Positions 8,401-15,697 of a DNA stretch of 64,000 nt are shown piece by piece (the first letter of the stretch is position 1; each line of letters starts with the position of its first letter). Position numbers and translations under genes: made by a program. Where the stretch lies: the NCBI GenBank assembly GCA_031416315.1, contig JANOTL010000035.1, positions 25,579 through 89,578 of the forward strand, written 5' to 3'. The notes beneath the pieces are model-generated. The model was not told where the DNA came from. It worked only from the letters and a program-made list of their open reading frames with translations, and searched no databases. The stretch is from Pseudomonadota bacterium (GTDB lineage: Bacteria; Bdellovibrionota_B; Oligoflexia; Oligoflexales; CAIYRB01).

Positions 8401-10224
8401 CGCAGCGTCGTCCTGATCGTCGTCGTCGTCTTCGTTGTCGTCCTCGTCTGCCTCGTCCTCGTCTTCCTCGTCGTGATCTTCATCACCCCGCGCGGCGCCT
8501 TCGGCGCCCGCTGCAGGAAGGACTTCGTCTTCGTCTTCCTCGTCCTCTTCGTAACGATGCGGCACGGGCTCCTGCTGGCTCTCCGGCACGAGCTGCGAGT
8601 CGGCCGTCTGATCGCGGCCTTTGCGCTGGGGCAAGCTCGCGGGGACGACGTAGTCGAAATCGTAATTCGCCATCAATACGAGCGCGCGATCCGCGATCGA
8701 CTTCGCCAGGAAGACGAGCTTCGGGCGCGGCTCGCCGGTGACGATCGTCCAACCCGAGTCGTGCGGCAGGTCGATCGGCGGCGCGCCGGCCAGGTCGACC
8801 AAGCCGCGAAGAAAGACCGACTGATCGGCCTTGGGCACCTTGATCGCGCCCACTTGGCGCAAGGTGCTGATCCAGCCCGCCGTGCGCGGGTCCGGGAGCT
8901 CGATGCGCGCCACGCGCTCTTTGAGCAGCGCGGAGCCGTCGGGGAAAACCGCGAGGGCATCGCGCAACGGCACGGTAATCCGGCCGCGGCGAAGCTCGCC
9001 GCGCACGATCCACGAGCGGTCTTGCTTGCGCACGGCGACGGCCAGACGGAAATTCCAGGCGTCCTGCGCGTCCCAGCTGACGGGGCGGAAAGCGTCCTTG
9101 TCGAAGACGGCGCCCTCGAGCTCCGCCTCCTCTAAGGCGAGCCAGCCGAAGCGGCCGGTGGCGGCCATGCTTTCGAGCAAGCCCGACCGCAACGCGTCGG
9201 CGACGACGAAGGAGGTGGCGCGGGGCCGGATCGCGACCAAGGCCGGATCGCGGACGGCGGAGCGCACGACCGAGCTCGCGACGACGCCGAAGAAACACGC
9301 GAGGATCTCGCGGTCTGCAGGGCTATCGACCTGGTCTATGCCCCGCGGGTCGATCGGCAGGGGCACGAGGCGCCCAGCCGTCTCGGTCTCCGGGGCGCTC
9401 ACGTGGAAGAGCTGCACCGTGAGCTGCCCGCTCTTGCGGGTGGCGGCGGTGTCGACGACGTAAAATATGTCGTTCGAGAGCGCGACGCCGGCGGCGCGTT
9501 GCTTGGACTCGGCGATGTCGCGCTGTGCGTGGCCGACGAGCTTCAACGCTTCGCGCCAGGAGATCTGGTTGTCGTGGTGATGGCTCGGATGCGGGCGGCT
9601 CTGCGGGCCGCCGCGGTCGCCGGGCTCGGCCGTGGCGTGGCCGCCGGCGGAAAAAGCGCGAATGCGGCTGGCCGCGTTCGGATCGGCAGTCACGACCTTC
9701 GACGTGCGTCGAGAGACGGGGATGCTACGGGTGAAGAAACTGATGGGATGCTCCGTGGGCGCCTTGAACGTGCAGTCGGGAACTCCGTCCGCGTGGCAAA
9801 TGACTGCCCAGATGTGTTTACAATGACCGGCGCCGCCCGTGAAATACGGGCAGTCGCAGATGGCGCTCACGGTCGAGCGCTTCCGGGCCTCGTCGATGGC
9901 CATCTCAAGGGTGACGTTGTAGTTGCCACCCTTGCCCCTCACTTCAGCCTTGAGGCTTTGCGGCGAGGCGTTGGGGCTCGTGACCCTGCCTTGTTGGAAG
10001 TAGCGCTCCCCTCGGCTGCGGACTTGGGGGTCTACGTCCGCGGCGAGCGATCCGGTGAAACCGGAGCCTCTTCGCGGGGCATTTTCGTTCTGTGCCGGGC
10101 GGTTTCCCGAGCGGCCACGCCGACGACGCCGTTGCGCCAAAGCGTCATACTCCTGAGACGAAGGAAGACGAAAGAAAAGGACGAGAGAAAGTTCCCGCGT
10201 GGTCCTAAGCTTCACCGTCTTCAC
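5401..10224 (-). CDS. SWIM zinc-finger SNF2-family helicase/ATPase with large low-complexity insert (start uncertain)
   Basis: SWIM CDCPY...CKH; LRPYQ, LADDMGLGKT, LDEAQAIKN, SGTPVENRLAEL, LVFSQFT, SLKAGGVGLNLTAAD, DPWWNPA, QAIDRAHRIGQ. Confidence 0.95.
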   Translation of the reverse strand: MKTVKLRTTRELSLVLFFRLPSSQEYDALAQRRRRRGRSGNRPAQNENAPRRGSGFTGSLAADVDPQVRSRGERYFQQGRVTSPNASPQSLKAEVRGKGGNYNVTLEMAIDEARKRSTVSAICDCPYFTGGAGHCKHIWAVICHADGVPDCTFKAPTEHPISFFTRSIPVSRRTSKVVTADPNAASRIRAFSAGGHATAEPGDRGGPQSRPHPSHHHDNQISWREALKLVGHAQRDIAESKQRAAGVALSNDIFYVVDTAATRKSGQLTVQLFHVSAPETETAGRLVPLPIDPRGIDQVDSPADREILACFFGVVASSVVRSAVRDPALVAIRPRATSFVVADALRSGLLESMAATGRFGWLALEEAELEGAVFDKDAFRPVSWDAQDAWNFRLAVAVRKQDRSWIVRGELRRGRITVPLRDALAVFPDGSALLKERVARIELPDPRTAGWISTLRQVGAIKVPKADQSVFLRGLVDLAGAPPIDLPHDSGWTIVTGEPRPKLVFLAKSIADRALVLMANYDFDYVVPASLPQRKGRDQTADSQLVPESQQEPVPHRYEEDEEDEDEVLPAAGAEGAARGDEDHDEEDEDEADEDDNEDDDDDQDDAAASAEGDDQDEDDDDDDDEEAEEEQEEDGEEDERDEDEAPVVKKPAKKAPAKTVKTRAAPTPTGTSGVVKRTARGAKPAAKAATPREETDTGAEASAPPAAEPEAPRRTARTSAPAGDGEAPRRVVRSVPGDANPPGGEAPRRVVRTVPSDAPPVESEAPRRTLAPDAPSAGRTVRAAPPPADAAANDDDAPQNVVALAPPAESPRAPHPSSEGEAPTQARAPGPQTITRSGPAHQQQQIQQRQQPSQGQHQQRPPQNQNQNQQQRPPQNQNQNQQQRPPQNQNQQQRPPQNQNQQQRPPHNQRPQHPNQKQRPQHPNQNQQQQQRRPQQPQHQQPQANQDQGPRVVLRRDRQREEALIKELLETTGVHPSAGRSVAGADVFIDAAALTRIVSELSNRGWAVEAEGQKIRVGKSFNVDVKSGMDWLNLRASFDFGDGATVGMPKILEAVRRGEDRVQLGDGTVGLLPEAWLKNLEPILKMGEDGEGGELRYRQSQAAFLDVLVGEAAQASVDAEFAAYREKLKSLSGIGEATPDPEFIGELRPYQRHGLGWLEFLDEFNFGGCLADDMGLGKTVQVLAHLQKRRRAAKKKPPPSLIVAPTSLIHNWVDEARRFTPDLKVSAHVGATRHRSLKALAPYDIVVTSYGTMRSDVELFAGMTFDYIVLDEAQAIKNETTQSAKAARALQGARRLAMSGTPVENRLAELGSIFRFLNPGMLDNSTGFAELFSGAGKPSAGKLETLAKVLRPFILRRTKTQVLPDLPQKTENTIFCVLEDEQRKEYDQLAQHFRDSLQKKIKTEGLGKSRMHVLEALLRLRQLACHPGLIDQKRVEEPSAKMDLLDEMLEEAVASGHKSLVFSQFTSMLAIVRARLDAKGIKYEYLDGSTRDRKERVEHFQTDDTVKVFLISLKAGGVGLNLTAADYCFILDPWWNPASEQQAIDRAHRIGQKSHVFAYRLIARGTVEEKILELQAAKRKLAEGIIADDGDVLSDLTSKDLDFLLG
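7503..7650. repeat. Coding tandem repeat (30/36-bp units) encoding QQQRPPQNQN(QN) in the SNF2 gene
   Basis: GCGGCGGGCGCTGCTGCTGGTTCT(GGTTCT)GGTTTT repeated about 4.5 times. Confidence 0.9.
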
Positions 10225-10412
10225 CCGACTCGTGGTCGGTTGCTTTCGGAGCGGGGTGACTGGCTGGCGGTCGACTCGCGTGCATCACGGGGAGGAGCAT
10301 GTGCTTCGCCGCGCTGCCTACGGAGGACCCAGTCTCTTAGGACCCGTTCCCCAAGCTTCACTTTTTCGGAAGTTTTTCGCAAGCGCGGAGTGACAAGTGC
10401 CGTGGACCACGC

Positions 10413-11435
10413 CTATTTCCTGGCCAAAAAGTCCGGAGGCGCGCCCGGCAAAGCCTGCCGTGCCGCCTCGCACAGGGCCTCCGGATCAACGACGAGGTCG
10501 GTCGCGAAGTTCGCGGCGACCTCGTCCTGGAGGGGGTGCGCGGGAACGTTTGTGTAAGAAAGGCGCAGATCGCGCGCGAGGTTCATGAAGCACGGGTTCT
10601 GCCAAGGCGAGGAGGTGATCTCTATGAAGGCGGCGCCGGCGCGCGCGAAAGCGAGATGCGCGAGCCCCGCGCCGTGAAGACCGGCAACCGCCTCCGCGTC
10701 GGCGAAGAGCTCGATCTGAGCGGCGAGCGGGAGCGACTCTAGCGCGACGGCGCTAAAGCCGAACGGAGCGAGCGTCGCGATCACGGCGTCCTCGTTCAGG
10801 AGGCGGCGGCGGCGGGCCTTGGCGCGGGAGATGAACAGGCGCCTCGGGGTTCCCACCTTGATCGCCGGCAAGAAGGCGTCGCGGATCGAAGCAAGGGCCC
10901 ACGGCGTCAGCTCCGTCTGATGCGCGACGCAGGGCTCGGACGGCAGAATCAGCTCCTCGCAGACGTAATGACTGCCGCGGTCGAGCCAGACGACGTCGGC
11001 TTCGGCGAGGCGCAGATGCGCGAGCGACTCGGTCTGGAACGCGCCTCGATCCCGACCCGTGTGCCGCGGATTGACGATGACGCGGTCGAAAGAAACGCCG
11101 GCCTCGCGTGCGAGCAGAATCTTCGGTACGACGCCGAGCAGCCAGTGATAGAAGCTGAAGCCGTCGACGGCCGCGAACAGCGTTCGACCTGGAAGGGCGA
11201 CGGCCGGCTTCGCCGCCTTGCTCGTGTTGTGAAACGCGTCCTGCGCGGAGCGCTGCAGTTGGGGCGCATACGGCCACAGAAACTTGCCGTCGGGCCCGAA
11301 GGCGCCGACGGGCTGCGCGCGCACGATCCCGCCGCTGAGGCTCAGCAAGTGCGGGCCCGAGGTGCCGCCGGAAAGAAAGCGAGGTGTGACGCCGTAGCGC
11401 TCCCACACCTCGCTCGGTCGCTCTAGAACGTCCAA
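10413..11435 (-). CDS. Glycosyltransferase family 61 (DUF563-like) protein
   Basis: FYHWLLGVVPKI, RLFISRAKARRRRLLNE, QIELFADAEAVAGLHGAGLAHLAF; TTG start abuts the desaturase stop. Confidence 0.85.
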   Translation of the reverse strand: MDVLERPSEVWERYGVTPRFLSGGTSGPHLLSLSGGIVRAQPVGAFGPDGKFLWPYAPQLQRSAQDAFHNTSKAAKPAVALPGRTLFAAVDGFSFYHWLLGVVPKILLAREAGVSFDRVIVNPRHTGRDRGAFQTESLAHLRLAEADVVWLDRGSHYVCEELILPSEPCVAHQTELTPWALASIRDAFLPAIKVGTPRRLFISRAKARRRRLLNEDAVIATLAPFGFSAVALESLPLAAQIELFADAEAVAGLHGAGLAHLAFARAGAAFIEITSSPWQNPCFMNLARDLRLSYTNVPAHPLQDEVAANFATDLVVDPEALCEAARQALPGAPPDFLARK

Positions 11436-12233
11436 TCAGTAGCTCGACGCGGCCTCGATCGGCGCACGGACGGAGGCCGCCTCCGCTTTCGCGTCGATGC
11501 TGATCATGCCGACCGCTTGCAGCATGAGGCAGAGCGTGTAGCCCATGTCGTACTCGAACCATTTGATCGAGAACTTCGCCGCTTTCGGGAAGCGGTGGTG
11601 GTTGTTCTGATAGCCCTCGCCCATGACGAGCCAGGCGACGAGCGTGTTGTTGCGCGAGTCGTCGTCGAGCGGGAAGTTGCGGTAGCCCTTCGAGTGGCCG
11701 AAGGCGTTGACGGCCCAGCCCTGGATCGGATGGCTCATCATGCCGAGGAAATAGGCGTAGCCGAGCATCCACCAGCCGAAGGCGCCGCCGAGCACGATCC
11801 ACACGGCGAAGTGCGCGAAGTAGGGCAGGTACCAGAGCTTCTTACGGTTGAGCCAGCTCACAGGGAAGTCGAGGTCGGGAACGACCTTGGTGAACTTCGG
11901 ATCCTTGCGGTTCAAGCCGCGGAGGACCGCGTTGTACGAATGGAGCTGCGCCAGCATGAGACGCCAGATGCCGTACTTGCGAGGGCTGTGCGGGTCTTTG
12001 TCGGTATCGGAGTAGAGGTGGTGCATGCGGTGCATGCAGCTCCAGCCCTTGGGATCGAGGCCGGTGATCCAGTTGCCGGTCGCCTGCACGATGCGGCTCG
12101 TCATCGGGCTCATCGTGATGGCGCCGTGCGTGAGGCCGCGGTGATAAAAAACCGTGATGTAGGTGATGTTCAGCAGGTAAGCCGCGAGGAACACGACACC
12201 ACAGAGAACGTAGTAGGCGGTTTGGGAATCCAT
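11436..12233 (-). CDS. Membrane fatty-acid (delta-9-type) desaturase
   Basis: His boxes YHRGLTH, HRMHH, QNNHH; DKDPHSP; VNAFGH. Confidence 0.92.
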   Translation of the reverse strand: MDSQTAYYVLCGVVFLAAYLLNITYITVFYHRGLTHGAITMSPMTSRIVQATGNWITGLDPKGWSCMHRMHHLYSDTDKDPHSPRKYGIWRLMLAQLHSYNAVLRGLNRKDPKFTKVVPDLDFPVSWLNRKKLWYLPYFAHFAVWIVLGGAFGWWMLGYAYFLGMMSHPIQGWAVNAFGHSKGYRNFPLDDDSRNNTLVAWLVMGEGYQNNHHRFPKAAKFSIKWFEYDMGYTLCLMLQAVGMISIDAKAEAASVRAPIEAASSY

Positions 12234-12330
12234 GGAAGCGAAACTCCTTCGGTTGGTCCCTTAAGATAGAAGGATCCGGTCAGGCTACCTATCATTGCAC
12301 GGTCAAAGATATGTAAAGGTCGTGTAACTG

Positions 12331-12363
12331 GAAAGAGCCCCCCGTCCGAAGGACGGGAGGCTT
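12331..12363 (-). terminator. Intrinsic terminator-like hairpin between the M50 gene and the desaturase
   Basis: Minus strand AGCCTCCCGTC-CTTCGG-ACGGGGGGCT followed by CTTT; cUUCGg tetraloop, short U tract. Confidence 0.65.
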
Positions 12364-12447
12364 GGGAACGGACGGCCCGACACACGCACACCATGAGCTA
12401 CCCACCTAGGGAAACGCGTGAAGTGTCGGGATCCTGCGTACCTCCCC

Positions 12448-13368
12448 CTATAGGGCGCCGTGGCTTGCGGATTTCGTCCGGTGCACCAGGGAGGCCCGTA
12501 GGGAAGGCCAGCGGACCTGGTCCCGAAGAGGGGCCAGGCCGGGATCGGCGTCGAAGCGGGCAAGGTCGCGGAAACCGCCGTGGATGGCGCGGTCGACGGC
12601 GGCGTAAGCCGACTCGAGGCGGCCGGCCGCGGCATGCTCGACGGCGGCAGCCCACTCGGCTTCGGCGCGGATGGCTTCCGGAGCATTGCCGGCGGCTTCG
12701 GCCATGACGCCCGGGGACGCCGCCGGTGCCGTCGGATGCCGCATCTCGAGAAGGGCGCGCGCGTTGCTCCAGGCGAACCAGAGCGCCAGATAAATACTGA
12801 AGGTCCAACCTGCGAGGCGGGCGGCGACCGCGGCGGCGAGCGCGACGACCAGCGAGATGACGTGCGCACGGACGACGGCGCGCGTCGGTGAGATCGCTTT
12901 CATGGCGGTGAACATGAGGTTGCCGCCGTCGAGCGGCAGCATCGGCAAGAGATTCATGATGCTCCAGCCGGCGCTGACCCAGAGGAGATCCGTGACGAGG
13001 ATGGCGACGAAGGGGTCGTCGCCTGCGCCGCCATAGGCTTTCGCCGCCCCGAAAACGACGCCTGCGAGGAGGAAGCCGAAAAAGGGGCCGGCGAAGGAGA
13101 CGACCGCGTCCTCGCGCAGGCTCAAGTCGCGGCCGCCCCGCGAATACGTGAGGCCGCCCATTCCGTGCAGCTCGATCGCTGGCACGTGGCCATAGCGGCG
13201 GTAAGCAAGCGCATGACCCAGCTCGTGCACGAAGACGGCGAGCGCGACGACGGCGATCCATTCCACCATCAGCCAGGGCTTCGCGGCGCGCGGGTAGGCG
13301 AGCAGCCCGGACAGGATGAAGAACGAAAGACGGATGGTGACCGGGATGCCGAAGAAGGTAAAGCTCAT
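12448..13368 (-). CDS. Site-2 (M50) membrane metalloprotease with C-terminal helical/TPR-like end
   Basis: VHELGH, VSFAGP, NLLPMLPLDGG motifs; multiple TM helices. Confidence 0.9.
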   Translation of the reverse strand: MSFTFFGIPVTIRLSFFILSGLLAYPRAAKPWLMVEWIAVVALAVFVHELGHALAYRRYGHVPAIELHGMGGLTYSRGGRDLSLREDAVVSFAGPFFGFLLAGVVFGAAKAYGGAGDDPFVAILVTDLLWVSAGWSIMNLLPMLPLDGGNLMFTAMKAISPTRAVVRAHVISLVVALAAAVAARLAGWTFSIYLALWFAWSNARALLEMRHPTAPAASPGVMAEAAGNAPEAIRAEAEWAAAVEHAAAGRLESAYAAVDRAIHGGFRDLARFDADPGLAPLRDQVRWPSLRASLVHRTKSASHGAL

Positions 13369-13499
13369 GCGCCGATTCTACTCTGGTCCGAGGAAAGAGC
13401 GCGATGAGCATTCGGAAGCTGCCGAAAATCGAGTTGCGCAACGCTCGCGTCAAAGCGACGAGCGTGCGCGTTCTCGAGGATGCGATCGTTCTGGGGCTA

Positions 13500-13525
13500 G
13501 ATCTGGAGCTCTGACGCTCCAGATC
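13500..13525. terminator. 10-bp inverted repeat just downstream of the GlsB/YeaQ gene
   Basis: GATCTGGAGC-TCTGAC-GCTCCAGATC; no clear U tract. Confidence 0.4.
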
Positions 13526-13531
13526 GAAGCA

Positions 13532-13792
13532 TTAGACCAGACGGCGGCGCTGCGTCGCGCCGTAGATGCCGAGCACGATCACCGCGCCGAGGATCGACAT
13601 GACCCAGCCGGCGGGATCGTAGTAGCCCGTCGGCGCGCCGCGGAAGGCCCAAACGAGGAGGCCGCCGACCACCGATCCGAGGATGCCTAGGCCTGCCGTG
13701 AGAAAGAAGCCCATCGACTGCTTGCCGGGCATGAAGAGGCGGGCGAGGGCACCGACGATGACGCCGAAAACGATCCAAGCGAGAATGCTCAT
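13532..13792 (-). CDS. GlsB/YeaQ/YmgE (transglycosylase-associated) stress membrane protein
   Basis: MSILAWIVFGVIVGALARLFMPG...LGILGSVVGG...SILGAVIVL; RBS GGAGG. Confidence 0.92.
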   Translation of the reverse strand: MSILAWIVFGVIVGALARLFMPGKQSMGFFLTAGLGILGSVVGGLLVWAFRGAPTGYYDPAGWVMSILGAVIVLGIYGATQRRRLV

Positions 13793-13837
13793 GGGAAAAC
13801 CTCCGTGTGATCCGGATTGTCCGGACGGAGCCTCAGG

Positions 13838-13853
13838 TGCAAAAACCTCGCCG
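13838..13853 (-). promoter_or_regulatory. Candidate sigma-54 (-24/-12) promoter for the GlsB/YeaQ gene
   Basis: Minus strand CGG-CGAGGTTTTT-GCA (GG-N10-GC), about 45 bp before ATG. Confidence 0.4.
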
Positions 13854-14140
13854 TCATGCGTTGGCGACGGCGCGGCTCGGGTGGCATGGCCGAAGGACTG
13901 GGCCTGAATGAAAAAGGTGACGCTCGGCCCGGGGTACTGGTGGATCTCGGCATCAGCGCGCAGGTGGAATCACGTCAGGGAATCGCTTGACTCAGTCGAT
14001 GGCGGAATCGGGGGAGGGCGAAGATCGCGGCGCAGCAAACGGCCGTCTACCGGGTCTTGCCGACGGCCAACTTCCTGAATGAGCCGCTGTTTTCGGCACC
14101 ACCGCTGGCTTTGCCCTGAGCTTGTGGTAAGGAGCGCCCC

Positions 14141-14488
14141 ATGAAGACTGCGCTTTTTTCCATCATTTTGGGTCTGGGGCTCTCGGCCTGCGTGTCGAGC
14201 GACGATTACACACGGCTCGAGCGGCAAAATCAGCTGCTCACGCTGGAGCTCGACAACGCGAAGAAATCGCGCGCGAGCCTGGAGCGGGAGCTCGCGGCCG
14301 CGAAGGCGAATGTTTCGGCTTTGGAGGCGCGGATCGAGCCGCTGACGCAGATCGCCGAGGAAAAGACGAAGCTTGAGGAAGAGCTCGCGCGCAAGAACGC
14401 GGAGGTCGTCGGACTCAACGAGCAGCTGCAGGCGCTCGTTCCGCAGACGCCGCCGTCGGCGGATGCGGTGACCGAGGCGCACCACTGA
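14141..14488 (+). CDS. Small coiled-coil lipoprotein
   Basis: RBS AAGGAG; lipobox LSAC; heptad helix LERQNQLLTLELDNAKKSRASLERELAAAK. Confidence 0.8.
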   Translation: MKTALFSIILGLGLSACVSSDDYTRLERQNQLLTLELDNAKKSRASLERELAAAKANVSALEARIEPLTQIAEEKTKLEEELARKNAEVVGLNEQLQALVPQTPPSADAVTEAHH

Positions 14489-15050
14489 GGATCTCGAGCG
14501 CGCGCTCGTCGGGCTTCACGAAGCCGGAGCGTACGTCGAGCAGGTGACGGCGCTCGTCGTTGAAGAGGTAGGTGAGCTTTAGGAGCACGCCGCGGGTGTC
14601 GCGGTATTCGACGCCGGTGACATGGAATCCCGCCTTGAGCTTCGGGATCAGGATGGCGTTGTTGGTCGCTTGGTGAAAGCTGATCACCGACTGGAAGCCG
14701 AGCTCGCGGGCCCGGTCTAGGAGCATGTCGAGCATGCGCGCGTAGATGCCGTGGCGCTGGTGCGCTGGCTTGACCGCCGACATGCACATGCAGATCTCGT
14801 CGCCGCGCTCCTGCACGGATTGACTCCAGCCGGCGAGCGCGCCCGCGGCGTCGTACGCGCCGATCAGGATCTGGCGGCGATTGGTCCAGGTCATCTTCAG
14901 CGCGGCGATCCGCTCGAGCTCTTCTTGACGGTAGATGCGCTCGCGCGGGTCGAAGTGGGTGGCGTCGGCAAACGCGGCGGCGCTTTCCTGCGCGTAGAAG
15001 GCGTCGAACTCGTCTTTTTCGAGGTAGCGGAAGGTGTAAGTCGAGGCCAA
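14415..15050 (-). CDS. GNAT N-acetyltransferase
   Basis: SAVKPAHQRHGIY motif A; TNNAILIPKLKAGF; RBS GGAGG + TTG. Confidence 0.8.
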   Translation of the reverse strand: MASTYTFRYLEKDEFDAFYAQESAAAFADATHFDPRERIYRQEELERIAALKMTWTNRRQILIGAYDAAGALAGWSQSVQERGDEICMCMSAVKPAHQRHGIYARMLDMLLDRARELGFQSVISFHQATNNAILIPKLKAGFHVTGVEYRDTRGVLLKLTYLFNDERRHLLDVRSGFVKPDERALEILSGAPRSPHPPTAASAERAPAAAR

Positions 15051-15090
15051 GGGCTTTCCTCCGGTGAGGGTTTACGATACTGCATTCCGC

Positions 15091-15693
15091 ATGGCGAAAC
15101 GAGGCGAATGGGAGCTCCCCGAGCATCCGGAGATCACGGCGGCCGTCCTGGCCTTGGCGGCGGGCGGCGAGGTCTCCGATCGCGACGTCGACCGCTGGTT
15201 CCCGAAAGCGGCGCAAAAGTGGGCGCGGATCCATTGGACCCCCACGGCGGTCGCGCGTCGAGCGGCGGCGTTTCTGGTGCGCGCGCCGGAAGACCGCGTC
15301 CTCGACGTGGGCTCGGGCGGCGGGAAGTTCTGCCTGGTCGGGGCGCTGACGACGCGCGGACGTTTCCTGGGCGTCGAGGCGGTGGCCGAGCTCGCGAAGG
15401 CGGCCTCAGCCGTGGCGACGAAGTACCGGATCGCGGGCGCGCGCTTTCGCTGCGGCGACGCGACGGAGCGGGCGGCGTGGGCGGGGCTAAACGGCGTATA
15501 TTTATACAATCCGTTCACGGCGGAGTCCGGGACCGCCGGGATCGACTTGGCGTTACTGCGGTTGCGAGAGGCGCCGTCAGGGCTGCGGGCGGTGACGTTC
15601 TGCGGGATCGGGGCACAGATGCCGGCCGAATACGCGCTCGTAAACGAAGAACGGACCCAGGCGGGTCCGCTCGCGTACTGGGAGAAGCGCTAG
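15091..15693 (+). CDS. Class I SAM-dependent methyltransferase
   Basis: HWTP, VLDVGSGGGKFC, GVE, YLYNPF. Confidence 0.85.
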   Translation: MAKRGEWELPEHPEITAAVLALAAGGEVSDRDVDRWFPKAAQKWARIHWTPTAVARRAAAFLVRAPEDRVLDVGSGGGKFCLVGALTTRGRFLGVEAVAELAKAASAVATKYRIAGARFRCGDATERAAWAGLNGVYLYNPFTAESGTAGIDLALLRLREAPSGLRAVTFCGIGAQMPAEYALVNEERTQAGPLAYWEKR

Positions 15694-15697
15694 GTGG

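Noticed and set aside
7297..9135. 612-aa plus-strand ORF (and similar long ORFs at 35167-36660 and 43940-45754)
   Set aside because: Antisense shadows of real genes caused by high GC3 and low-complexity sequence; no motifs or RBS
12448..12490. c-di-GMP-I riboswitch-like words (GAAA...GCAAGCCACGG) and a 6S-like resemblance nearby
   Set aside because: Required helices could not be built; the sequence lies inside the M50 coding end and is too short for 6S
13860..14140. Possible gene remnants in the gap before the coiled-coil lipoprotein
   Set aside because: Short open frames without starts or recognisable motifs
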